From contig OY843592.1 in assembly GCA_963692865.2 (NCBI GenBank), positions 1,024,001-1,088,000 of the forward strand: a DNA stretch of 64,000 nt. The letters run 5' to 3'. Each line of letters starts with the position of its first letter. The stretch's first letter is position 1. This stretch comes from a bacterium (GTDB taxonomy: Bacteria > UBA8248). This document shows positions 8,224 through 17,020 of this stretch, piece after piece. The position numbers and the translations under genes are program-made. Under the pieces are notes generated by a model. That model saw only the letters and a list, made by a program, of their open reading frames with translations. It did not search any database and was not told the origin of the DNA.

Positions 8224-10473
8224 ATGAAGCTCGGCACCGTTCCCTTCCTGAACGCCAGACCCCTCACGGTTGCGCTGGAGGGCAACCCGGCGGTCGAACT
8301 CATCGTCGAACCCCCCTCGAAGCTGGCGGATATGCTGGCGCGGGGCGAACTGGACGGCGCGCTCGTATCCTCGTTCGCCCTTTTCGGGATGCGCGGCGCG
8401 CGTTTCGCGCCCGGCGTCGGCATCGCGAGCCATGGCCCGGTGGAGAGCATCCGCCTCTATTGCCGGAAGCCCGCGGATTCGCTGCGCCGCGTGGGGCTGG
8501 ACAGCTGGTCGCTCGCCGCGACGAACATGGCGCGCGTCTACTTGAAGCACCGCTGGGGGGCGGAGCCCGAGTTCGTCGCAATCGATCCCTTGAGGCCGCC
8601 GCGAGACGACGAGACGCTCGACGCCTTTTTGCTCATCGGCGACAACGCCCTGCGCGAACCGCCCGGCGACCACTACGTGCTCGACCTGGGCGAGGAGTGG
8701 CGGAACTTCACCGGACTCCCCTTCGTCTACGCGCTCTGGGTGTTCCGTCAGGGAGCGGGAGACGCCGGGTCCGCGGCGCTCCTGCGGGACGCGAAGAAAG
8801 AGGGCGTCGGACGGATCGAGGAGATCATCGACAAGTCGCTTCCGCCGGGCGTGGATAAGAACACGGCGTGGTGCTATCTCACCGAGTGCATCCGCTACGA
8901 TGTGGGCGAAGAGGAACTCGAAGGCTTGAGGCGGTATTATGAGCTCCTCGTCGAGGACGGCCTCGCGGAGCCGGGCTGGGAGCCCCGCTTCGTCGATGAG
9001 CCGGCGGCCCGCGTGGAGGTGATAAGCGAGACGGCTTCGAAGGAGGATGAGGTGAGCGGCGACCTTTGCTTCAAGAGCATTCACGACCTGGGGACGATGA
9101 TCCGCAAAAAGGAAATCTCCCCCGTCGAGGTTATTGAGGCCCACCTGCGCCGCATCGAGGCGCTGAACCCCGAACTCTTCGCCTACCAGACGGTGACGGC
9201 CGAACTGGCGATTGAGGAAGCGCGCGCCGCCGAGGCCGAGATAATGGGGGGCCGGTGGCGGGGACCCATGCACGGCGTTCCCTATGGCGCCAAGGACATC
9301 GTCGATACGGCGGGCGTGCTCACCACCCACGGCTCCTCCTTTCACCGGGACAACGTGCCGCGCGAGGACGCGGAGATCATCAGGCGCTTGAAGGACGCGG
9401 GCGCGGTGATGCTCGGCAAGACGGCCACGCACGAGTTCGCCGCCGCGGCGGTGAGCATCAACCCCCACTACGGCGCGGTGCGGAACCCCTGGGATACCGA
9501 GCGCATCGTCGGCGGTTCGAGCGGCGGCTCGGGCGCGGCCTGCGCGGCGGGTCTCGCGCCGGCGGCCATCGGCACGGACACGGGCGGCTCCATCCGCAAC
9601 CCCGCCGCCCTGTGCGGGGGCGTGGGCTTCAAGGCCACCCACGGCCGGGTGAGCCTGCGGGGCATCTGCCCCAACGCCCTGAGCCTCGATCACGCCGGCC
9701 CCATGACGCGCACGGCGCGCGATGCGGGGCTGATGCTTCAGGCCGTTGCGGGCTATGACGCGGAGGATGCGAAGTCCCAAAACATCCCCGTTCCCGACTA
9801 CACCGCGGGGATAGAGGACGGCGTGCGCGGGAGCCGCATCCTCGTCTGTCCTGATTTTCACGGACGCGCCGAGGTGGATTCGGAGATCACCGCCGCGTTC
9901 GAGGCGGCGGTGGAAATCTTCCGCGCTTTGGGCGCGCAGGTGGAAGAAGTCTCCTTCGCGCATCACCAGAGGCTCATGGATTTCTTCCCCCTCATCTCGG
10001 GGCCGGAATTCAGCGAGTTCCACAGGCCGTTTTTCGAGCAGAACCCGGGTGGCTACGGCGAGGACGTGCGCGAGCGCCTGGAGTGGTCGTTCGAGGTCGC
10101 GCCGGACGATTACGTGCGCGCGCTCAGGGAACGCGTTCTGGCCCAGCGCGAGGTCGCCGCGTTCTTTGAAAATGCCGACGCGCTCATCCAGCCCGCCATG
10201 CCCTGCGCCGCCCCGCCGATTGCGACCCTCACCGCGCGGATGAACGGACGCGAGGTAACTTACAAGAACATCCACAGGCCGTTTCTCGCGCCGCACAACG
10301 CCACGGGCTTCCCGGCGCTCGTCACCCCGATGGGCCGGAACTCCGAGGGGATGCCGATGTCTCTCCAGATCGCGAGCGGCCCCTGGCGCGAGACGGACGT
10401 GCTTCGCGCCGCGCACGCCTACGAGCAAGCGACGCCCGAACTCAGGAACGAGCGGCCGCCCGTGGGGGCATGA
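8224..10473 (+). CDS. mqnA: Chorismate dehydratase MqnA in frame with an amidase-signature domain (749 aa; internal GTG start at 9052 possible)
   Basis: N-terminal LGTVPFLNARPL, LLIGDNAL, DLGEEWRNFTGLPFVYALW. C-terminal GGSSGGS and GTDTGGSIRNPA. No in-frame stop between the domains. Confidence 0.85.
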   Translation: MKLGTVPFLNARPLTVALEGNPAVELIVEPPSKLADMLARGELDGALVSSFALFGMRGARFAPGVGIASHGPVESIRLYCRKPADSLRRVGLDSWSLAATNMARVYLKHRWGAEPEFVAIDPLRPPRDDETLDAFLLIGDNALREPPGDHYVLDLGEEWRNFTGLPFVYALWVFRQGAGDAGSAALLRDAKKEGVGRIEEIIDKSLPPGVDKNTAWCYLTECIRYDVGEEELEGLRRYYELLVEDGLAEPGWEPRFVDEPAARVEVISETASKEDEVSGDLCFKSIHDLGTMIRKKEISPVEVIEAHLRRIEALNPELFAYQTVTAELAIEEARAAEAEIMGGRWRGPMHGVPYGAKDIVDTAGVLTTHGSSFHRDNVPREDAEIIRRLKDAGAVMLGKTATHEFAAAAVSINPHYGAVRNPWDTERIVGGSSGGSGAACAAGLAPAAIGTDTGGSIRNPAALCGGVGFKATHGRVSLRGICPNALSLDHAGPMTRTARDAGLMLQAVAGYDAEDAKSQNIPVPDYTAGIEDGVRGSRILVCPDFHGRAEVDSEITAAFEAAVEIFRALGAQVEEVSFAHHQRLMDFFPLISGPEFSEFHRPFFEQNPGGYGEDVRERLEWSFEVAPDDYVRALRERVLAQREVAAFFENADALIQPAMPCAAPPIATLTARMNGREVTYKNIHRPFLAPHNATGFPALVTPMGRNSEGMPMSLQIASGPWRETDVLRAAHAYEQATPELRNERPPVGA

Positions 10474-10533
10474 AACTTTTGCTCGTCTAAATAACAACAA
10501 AGTCGATTATTGGTGAAACAAAAGGAGAAAGCC

Positions 10534-11325
10534 TTGCCGAAAGCGCGCGTGAACGGAATCGACATCCACTACATCGAACGAGGCGAAGGGACGCCGCTCC
10601 TTGCGGTGCACGGGTTCCAGAACTCGCATTTCTCCTTCACGCCCCTCATCGACTGGCTCTCCGAAAGCTTCCATGTGTTCGCGCTCGATTTGCGCGGCCA
10701 CGGCGATTCGGACAAGCCCAGAGGCCCCTACGCCATCCAGACCTTCGCGGACGACGTCGTGGGTTTTCTGGACGCGCTCGGCATCGGGCGGGCCGATTAT
10801 CTCGGCCACAGCATGGGCGGGCGCACGGGCACGATGGTGGGCATCCGGCATTCCGGGCGCCTGAGCCGCCTCATGCTCTCCGCCTCGTCCGCAGGCCCGC
10901 CTTCGGGCGCATACCGGGAGATGTTCGAGACGCACTTGAAGGTGGCCCAATCCGAGGGGATGGAGGCGCTGCACGAATTCAAGCTGCGGCGGGACGAAGT
11001 TCCAGAAGGCCTGCGCGAGGGTCCCCTGGCCGCCGAATACAGGAAGAATTTCCTCAAGAACACGCCGCAGACGTTCGCCGATACGGCGCACGCGCTTTTC
11101 ACGATGCCGGTTTTACGGGACGAGCTTCATAAGATTTCCGTTCCCACCTGGGTGTGCCACGGGGAGAACGACGCAGGGCCCATCGACTTCAGCGAGGTGT
11201 ACGCGGAACACGTGCCGGACTGCGCCACTTCGATCATCCCCGATGCGGGCCACAGCTCCTTCTGGGATCAGCCCGAAGCCTTCATCGCCGAGATGGAGGC
11301 GTTTCTGGAGAAAAACCCCCTCTGA
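10534..11325 (+). CDS. Alpha/beta hydrolase
   Basis: HGF, DLRGHGDSD, GHSMGG nucleophile elbow, GEND, AGH. RBS AAGGAG precedes TTG 10534. Confidence 0.88.
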   Translation: MPKARVNGIDIHYIERGEGTPLLAVHGFQNSHFSFTPLIDWLSESFHVFALDLRGHGDSDKPRGPYAIQTFADDVVGFLDALGIGRADYLGHSMGGRTGTMVGIRHSGRLSRLMLSASSAGPPSGAYREMFETHLKVAQSEGMEALHEFKLRRDEVPEGLREGPLAAEYRKNFLKNTPQTFADTAHALFTMPVLRDELHKISVPTWVCHGENDAGPIDFSEVYAEHVPDCATSIIPDAGHSSFWDQPEAFIAEMEAFLEKNPL

Positions 11326-11387
11326 ATCGCCCGTTCGGGTTGCGCCGCCGGGAATCACGGCCGGGCCGGGGGAGAGGGGGGCGATTC

Positions 11388-11811
11388 AGGGTTGTTGAGA
11401 AAGACCTGGAAAACAATTTCAAGTTTCGTGCGTGCTTTTGAAGTTCACTCCCCCCTTGAGGAGGCTGTTGAAAAACCTGCAATACCGGTATGACGGCGAC
11501 AGGGCACCGCCTTGCCGTAGGGTTTGTAGGGGCCGCATGATATGCGGCCCCTACAAACCCCTCTGCCTTTCTCCTGCACGGCTTTTTCAACAACCCCTTG
11601 AGGGTTGGGCTTCCCGAGGGGAAAGCCCAACGATGAAGCCGAGCGGTTTGTGCGAAGGCTGATGCGGTGGGGGGTAAATCGCGTTTTTGCGCCATTCCGA
11701 ATTATACTCCCCACCGGTTCGCTTGCGGGCATGCGCCCTTAGCTCACCGACTCCCCCTCAAGGGGGGAGTCAAATCTAAAGCGCTCCTTCTGTGGGCTTC
11801 TTCAACACCCC
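11388..11811. repeat. Nested repeat mosaic: TIR-like ends around a family D element interrupted by a TIR element
   Basis: Degenerate TIRs at 11388 and 11798-11811. Family D arms at 11446 and 11750-11771 are homologous to 2231-2408. Confidence 0.8.
11461..11597. mobile_element. 137-bp MITE-like element with 5-bp TSD (TTGAG)
   Basis: GAGGCTGTTGAAAAA..TTTTTCAACAACCCC with TTGAG at 11456-11460 and 11598-11602. The uninterrupted target is visible in the rc of 2352-2408. Confidence 0.85.
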
Positions 11812-11834
11812 GTTCTCCCCGGCGGTTTCATCTG

Positions 11835-11863
11835 TTGACCTGATCGCCGCGCTCCCGCATTAT
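11835..11863 (+). promoter_or_regulatory. Putative sigma70 promoter of mqnC
   Basis: TTGACC-17 nt-CATTAT. Confidence 0.4.
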
Positions 11864-11896
11864 TCCGAGGGCTTGAACGAACCTTGAGGAAACCCC

Positions 11897-12976
11897 ATGA
11901 CCACGGCGACGACGGCGTTCTACGAGGCGATTGAAAAGGCGGCGGGCGGCGAGCGCCTCTCGTATGAGGAGGGACTCGCCCTGCTCGAAGGGGACGATCT
12001 GGTCGCGCTTGGCGCGGCGGCGGACGACGTTCGCGCGCGCCTCCATCCCGAGGGTTACGCCACCTATTGCGTGGACAGAAACATCAACTACACGAACGTG
12101 TGCGACGTCTACTGCACGTTCTGCGCGTTCTACCGCCCGCCGGGGGATCACCCCGAAGCCTACATCCGCACGCGCGATGAGATAAGGGAGAAACTCGACG
12201 AGCTCTACGCCGTGGGCGGCAGGCAGATCCTGCTGCAGGGGGGCCACCATCCGGATCTCCGGATCGAATGGTACGAGGAGCTCTTCTCCTGGATGAAGGG
12301 GGAGTTCCCGGACCTCCATCTCCACGCCTTGAGTCCGCCGGAGATTCACCACATCGCCAGATTAGAAGACATGCCCTACGAGGTGGTGCTCACGCGCCTG
12401 CGCGCTGCGGGCCTCGATTCCGTGCCGGGCGGGGGCGGCGAGATTCTGGTCGACCGCGTGCGGGAGAAGATTTCGAGGCTGAAAGTCGACACGGAGGGCT
12501 GGCTCCAAGTCATGCGCGCCGCCCACAACCTGGGGGTCCGCACGACCGCCACGATGATGTTCGGCCACGTGGAGACGGACGCGGAACGGGTCGAACACCT
12601 GCACCGCCTGCGCGGGCTTCAGGACGAGACGGGCGGCTTCACGGCCTACATCTGCTGGACGTTCCAGAACGACGGCGCGGCGCCCCTCAAGGCGCAGACG
12701 GTGGGCAGCAGCGAGTATCTCAGGATGCTGGCCATCAGCCGCCTGTATCTGGACAACGTCGTGAACATCCAATCCTCCTGGGTGACGCAGGGCATGAAGG
12801 TCGGTGAGTTGTCCCTCCGCTACGGCTGCAACGACATGGGCTCCACCATGCTGGAGGAAAACGTGGTGAGCGCGGCGGGCACCACCTACGCCCTGAACGA
12901 GGACGACCTCCACCGGATGGCGCGGAACGCGGGCTTCACGCCCAAGCGGCGCAATTTCTTCTACGAACTGATCTGA
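11897..12976 (+). CDS. mqnC: Cyclic dehypoxanthine futalosine synthase MqnC (radical SAM)
   Basis: DRNINYTNVC...CTFCAFYR, LLQGGHHPD, NIQSSWVTQG, MLEENVVSAAG. Confidence 0.93.
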   Translation: MTTATTAFYEAIEKAAGGERLSYEEGLALLEGDDLVALGAAADDVRARLHPEGYATYCVDRNINYTNVCDVYCTFCAFYRPPGDHPEAYIRTRDEIREKLDELYAVGGRQILLQGGHHPDLRIEWYEELFSWMKGEFPDLHLHALSPPEIHHIARLEDMPYEVVLTRLRAAGLDSVPGGGGEILVDRVREKISRLKVDTEGWLQVMRAAHNLGVRTTATMMFGHVETDAERVEHLHRLRGLQDETGGFTAYICWTFQNDGAAPLKAQTVGSSEYLRMLAISRLYLDNVVNIQSSWVTQGMKVGELSLRYGCNDMGSTMLEENVVSAAGTTYALNEDDLHRMARNAGFTPKRRNFFYELI

Positions 12977-12989
12977 CAACACCTTCCCC

Positions 12990-14273
12990 GTGACGACGGA
13001 ACCTCACCGCACGTCCCAAGCGCAGAAGATGGAGCTTTGGCTGGCGGACCTGGTCTGCCCGGTGGATGGGCCGCCCATCCGGCGCGGCGCGATCCTCACC
13101 GCCTCGGGCCGCGTTCTGGCGGTGGGGGAGGAGGCCTTCGTTCGCCCCGCGGAACCCGTGGCCGAGGAGCGCGATTTCGGGCGCGCGATCCTGATTCCCG
13201 GCCTCGTCAACGCGCACACGCACCTGGAGCTCTCGGGCGTCGAGCGCGAGCCTGGGCCGATGGAGGATTGGATCGTCTCGCTCGTGCGCGAGATGAGGGG
13301 CTGGCCCGCGCACCTGTTCCTCGCCTCGGCGCGCATCGGCGCCGCCGCGAGTCTGGCGGCGGGCGTCACCTGCGCCGGCGACGTCTCGACCTCGGGAGAG
13401 AGCGCCACGGCGATGGCGGGCGCGGGCATGCGCGGCGTGGTGTTCCACGAGGTGCTGGGTATCGACCCGGCCAAGGCGGAGGAGGTTCTGGCGGCGAAAC
13501 TCGAAGCCTGCGACCTCTTCCCCGAATACGAAGGCCCCGTCCCGGACGCCGTTCGGCACGGCCTGAGCCCCCACGCGCCCTATAGCGCCTCGCTCGCCCT
13601 CTACCGCGCCGCCCGCGATGAGGCGCGGGCGCGAGGCTGGCCCGTGGCGACGCACCTGGGCGAAAGTCTGGGTGAGATCGAATTCCTGCAGGACGGCGGC
13701 GGCGCGCTCGCAAGGGTCCACCGGGCGTTGAACGGCGCGCCGGCGGACTTCAAGCCCTCGGGACTCCGGCCCGTCGCCCATCTCGATCTGGCGGACGCGC
13801 TGGACGGCCTGACCCTCGCCGTTCACGCGAACCAGACGAACGCGGAGGACTGGGCGCTCTTGAGGAAGAACGGGGTGAGCGTCTGTCTCTGTCCGCGCTC
13901 GGCGGGCTTTTTCGGCCATCCCTTCGCCGATGCGGCGCGCATGCGCGAGGCGGGGCTGGCGTTGTGCCTGGGAACCGACAGCCTGGCGAGCAGCCCCAGC
14001 CTCTCGCTTCTGGACGAGGCCCGCGCCCTTCGCGAGACGGATGTGGAGATCACGGACGCCGAACTGCTCGATATGTGCACGCGCGCGGGCGCCGAGGCGC
14101 TCGGCTTCGAGAACCTGGGCGTTTTGAAGCCGGGCGGCGCGGCGGATTTCTGCGTCGTCTGTCCGCCTCGCGGTATGGGCGGTTTGCACCTGGGCGACGC
14201 GTTCGATGAGGACGCGTTCGTCGTCTGCACCGTCACGAACGGGGAGGTCCGCTACGAGGCGCCGAGCGCTTGA
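12990..14273 (+). CDS. Amidohydrolase, probable aminodeoxyfutalosine deaminase
   Basis: NAHTHLE, PHAPYS, THLGES, LGTDS. Directly follows mqnC. Start may be ATG 13029. Confidence 0.75.
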   Translation: MTTEPHRTSQAQKMELWLADLVCPVDGPPIRRGAILTASGRVLAVGEEAFVRPAEPVAEERDFGRAILIPGLVNAHTHLELSGVEREPGPMEDWIVSLVREMRGWPAHLFLASARIGAAASLAAGVTCAGDVSTSGESATAMAGAGMRGVVFHEVLGIDPAKAEEVLAAKLEACDLFPEYEGPVPDAVRHGLSPHAPYSASLALYRAARDEARARGWPVATHLGESLGEIEFLQDGGGALARVHRALNGAPADFKPSGLRPVAHLDLADALDGLTLAVHANQTNAEDWALLRKNGVSVCLCPRSAGFFGHPFADAARMREAGLALCLGTDSLASSPSLSLLDEARALRETDVEITDAELLDMCTRAGAEALGFENLGVLKPGGAADFCVVCPPRGMGGLHLGDAFDEDAFVVCTVTNGEVRYEAPSA

Positions 14274-14538
14274 GGCTGCTGAAAAATCCTCTCCTCGTCC
14301 TGCGCAGTCCGCCGCTCCGCCTCACCCTGAGTAGCCGCCGAAGGCGGCGTATCGAAGGGCGAAATTCACGCCCACCGGAGGAATGCGCCCCCATCCTTCG
14401 ATACGGCGCTTACGCGCCTACTCAGGATGAGGGTTCGGGGCGCTTGTGCCCGGTATGAGGGCGTCAAGCGTTCTGCGAAGCTCGAAGTTGCGCCGATGGA
14501 GTGAATTCCGAGCGAGATGGGACTTTTTCAACAGCCCC
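14272..14538. mobile_element. TIR element carrying a family B repeat
   Basis: GAGGCTGCTGAAAAA..TTTTTCAACAGCCCC. Interior 14308-14432 is closely similar to 6688-6812. No clean TSD. Confidence 0.65.
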
Positions 14539-14674
14539 GCGTGAGGCGGTTTCGCCGCCCGCGTCCCGGTGCGGAATGCGCGCCGGGGTTCGGTGTGGTA
14601 TAAACCCGAAAATTTCGCATCGGCGCATCTTTTCACATACGAGGCGATGAGCCTCTCAGGGAGAATGAGTATCC

Positions 14675-15280
14675 ATGGCGAGAAAACTGACGAGTTTCGA
14701 TAATTCCAACTGGAAGACCCGCAAGGCCCGCTACGACGTGGCCGAGGCGGGCATCGGCCGCGTGCTGGCCATCCGCATGGCGCCGGGGGACGATCTGTTC
14801 GGCACGACGCTCAAGATATGCCGGGAGAAGAATGTGAAGGCGGGCGTCATCCTGAGCGTGGCGGCGAGCCTCCAAAAGGCGGTGCTCAGAAACGTCTGGC
14901 AGTTCCCGAACCCGTTCCCCATCAACGACGAGTGCCGCATCTTCACGCCCATAAACGGCCCGCTGGAGCTCCTGCAGATGAGCGGCAACATCACCGAGAC
15001 CGAGGCGGGCGAGCCCTACCTCCACGCCCACGTCACCATATCGATGGGCCGGCCCGAGGCGACGTGCTTCGGCGGCCACCTCGTGGAGGGGTGCACCATC
15101 TTCAGCACGTGCGAGATGGTGATCGCCGAGTTGGCCGATATCTCCTTCATGCGCGTGATGGACAGGCACACCCGCGTGGGCGAGGTCTTCGGCATCGAGA
15201 CGAACGGGAAAACCGACGACGCGATCAAAAAAGAGATCACCAAGCGCAAGGCGCGCCCCAAGCCCAAGGGGGTGCGCTAG
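14675..15280 (+). CDS. PPC/DUF296 domain protein
   Basis: RMAPGDDL, ELLQMSGNI, LHAHVT, FGGHL. Confidence 0.85.
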   Translation: MARKLTSFDNSNWKTRKARYDVAEAGIGRVLAIRMAPGDDLFGTTLKICREKNVKAGVILSVAASLQKAVLRNVWQFPNPFPINDECRIFTPINGPLELLQMSGNITETEAGEPYLHAHVTISMGRPEATCFGGHLVEGCTIFSTCEMVIAELADISFMRVMDRHTRVGEVFGIETNGKTDDAIKKEITKRKARPKPKGVR

Positions 15281-15311
15281 TTTTCGGGAGAATCACCCTG
15301 ACGCATGCTTT

Positions 15312-15351
15312 GAGGGGCCGCTCCGCATGGGGCGGCCTCTCTTTTTTTTTT
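15312..15351 (+). terminator. Rho-independent terminator
   Basis: GAGGGGCCGCTCC-GCAT-GGGGCGGCCTCTC followed by T10. Confidence 0.85.
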
Positions 15352-15370
15352 CGAGCGAGCCGCGCCGGAG

Positions 15371-15840
15371 GGGGTCGTTGAAAAGGCCCCGGGCAGGGTA
15401 AAGGCAACCCTCTTGAAGGGGAACCCCCATAAAGGCAACCCCCCCTACCCCCCCTTGTCAGGGGGGCAAGAAAAAGCAAGGCCCTCTCTGCCCGGCGAGG
15501 AACATCGCCTTTTCCACCCCCCCCCTGACTTGGTAAGGCGCATCGCCTTTTTATACCCCCCTGACAAGGGGCTGTTGAAAAAGCCGGAGAGAGACAATTT
15601 GTTTGTAGGGGCCGCATATCATGCGGCCCGCCGCCGGAGAGGCGAAAAAAGGCCGGGTCGCATGATATGTCGGACATATATGTCCGACCTACGGGTAAAA
15701 CGTGGTTGATGCGAGAGGGACAGCTTTTTCAACAAGCCCGACAAGGGGGGGTAGGGGGGGTTGATTCCGACGAGGGGTTCGTGCGGAAGCGGCCTTCCCG
15801 CTAAAGGCGATGTTCCCCGGCAAGCACTTGTCAACACCCC
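15371..15840. repeat. Repeat mosaic: family A element interrupted by a TIR element
   Basis: 15437-15760 is homologous (inverted) to 58441-58552. Outer degenerate TIR-like ends at 15371 and about 15828-15840. Confidence 0.8.
15568..15739. mobile_element. 172-bp MITE-like element with 5-bp TSD (GACAA)
   Basis: GGGGCTGTTGAAAAA..TTTTTCAACAAGCCC with GACAA at 15563-15567 and 15740-15744. It splits the repeat CCCCCCTGACAAGGGGGGGTAGGG. Confidence 0.85.
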
Positions 15841-16401
15841 CTACAGCCAGCGGCGCACGCTTTGGCAGTATTCGCCGTATTCCTCGCCGAATTTCTCCGC
15901 GAGGTAATCCTCCTCGCGCGCGACGATGGCCACCCGCACCGTGGCGAGGAGCGGCGCGCCCAGCACGAATATCCACAAGTTGTTGAGGAATATCCCGAGC
16001 CCCAGGAAGAGGCACATGTAGCCGAGATAGATGGGGTTGCGCGAGAAGCGGTAGGGCCCCTCCGTGATGAGGGCGTGCGCCGGCTTGTTCGTCTCGTGGT
16101 TCGTGCGGGCGTTCCTGTAGCAGACGAGGGAGGTCGAATTGAGGACGGCGCCCGCGAGCACCAGCCCCGCCCCGAGCGTGAAGCGCACGTTCTCGGGGAA
16201 GGCGTAGGTCGGGAACAGGGCGTCGAAGCCCACGCCCATGATGAAGTACATCGCGAAATACCAGACCGGCTTGATGGGGATTTCGGGGCGGTCCTCCGGC
16301 GTCTCCCCCTGGGGTTCGGGGCTTTTGTCCTTCCAGGGCATGAGCTTGTTCGGGTCGTCGAAATCGGTGAACTTCCTGAACCAGTCTTTCATGAGGGACA
16401 A
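15841..16401 (-). CDS. Isoprenylcysteine carboxylmethyltransferase/STE14-family membrane methyltransferase
   Basis: LITEGPYRFSRNPIYLG, EEDYLAEKFGEEY.EYC..VRRW. Start may be ATG 16392. Confidence 0.85.
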   Translation of the reverse strand: MSLMKDWFRKFTDFDDPNKLMPWKDKSPEPQGETPEDRPEIPIKPVWYFAMYFIMGVGFDALFPTYAFPENVRFTLGAGLVLAGAVLNSTSLVCYRNARTNHETNKPAHALITEGPYRFSRNPIYLGYMCLFLGLGIFLNNLWIFVLGAPLLATVRVAIVAREEDYLAEKFGEEYGEYCQSVRRWL

Positions 16402-16404
16402 TCT

Positions 16405-16677
16405 CTAGTTATCGCTTTGGCTGCGAGACGCCTTGTAGCGCTGGTTCATGCTCTGGGCGACGCCCGCCATGACGGCGGCGGTCAAATCGAATGCGGCGTC
16501 GAGCGTCTCCTCGGTGAGGCCCGCTTTCCCGGCGTCCGCCAGGCGGCGGTCCACTCACGGCTGGCAGTTGCGGACGATGGCGACGGCGAGGCCCATCAGG
16601 ATTTTCTCGCGGTCGGTGAGCAGGTCCACGTTGTGGGCGTCGCGGTAGAACCGGCGAAAATCGGCGCGCTCGGTCAT
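16405..16677 (-). CDS. AhpD/carboxymuconolactone-decarboxylase-like probable selenoprotein (CxxU), absent from the ORF track
   Basis: RBS GAGGAG then ATG 16677. Translation MTERADFRRFYRDAHNVDLLTDREKILMGLAVAIVRNCQP(TGA 16557-16555)VDRRLADAGKAGLTEETLDAAFDLTAAVMAGVAQSMNQRYKASRSQSDN. The UGA falls on the second Cys position of the AhpD CxxC motif. Confidence 0.82.
16515..16557 (-). promoter_or_regulatory. Putative bacterial SECIS hairpin
   Basis: mRNA UGAG..CGC-CUGGC-GGAC-GCCGG-GAAA-GCG..CUCA. The apical loop starts with GG 18 nt after the UGA. Confidence 0.55.
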
Positions 16678-16800
16678 ATTCTCTCTCCTCGGGTGGCGAA
16701 CGGCGGAATCGGTGGATTATAAGGGGGCGTATGCGCATTCTCAATCGCTTTCGGCGCGGCTGATGCACTGGCTCCGTGCAAGAGAGATATAAAAGGTTTC

Positions 16801-16940
16801 GTAGGGTCAGACATATATGTCTGACCTGTGTGTCCGTGCAATTTTGTAGGGGAGGACCTATGTGTCCTCCCAAACCCAACCCAGGCCGATAGGCGAACGC
16901 GGCGAAAACACGAAGCGGGCGGACACATGGGTCCGCCCCT
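16801..16940. repeat. GTAG-type REP palindromes (family C)
   Basis: GTAGGGTCAGACATATATGTCTGACC, GTAGGGGAGGACCTATGTGTCCTCCC and inverse GGGCGGACACATGGGTCCGCCCCT. Confidence 0.75.
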
Positions 16941-17020
16941 CCGGCATTCTCTTTTCCATCAGCCGGGAATACGGCGCGCCAGGACAAAACGGAATTTCGC
17001 ACTATAGAAGGATGAACGAT

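Noticed and set aside
8194-10500. Long antisense or alternate-frame ORFs (also 278-1702, 21424-23244, 26462-28234, 38221-40110, 47815-49458)
   Set aside because: Shadow ORFs expected at high GC opposite well-supported genes, with no recognisable motifs.
11282-11732. Short ORFs inside the repeat mosaics (also about 2230-2554, 15237-15837, 58322-58638, 60323-61003)
   Set aside because: Translations of repeat DNA (recurring GLLKK, FQQP, NPPYPPLSG) with no RBS or codon-bias support.
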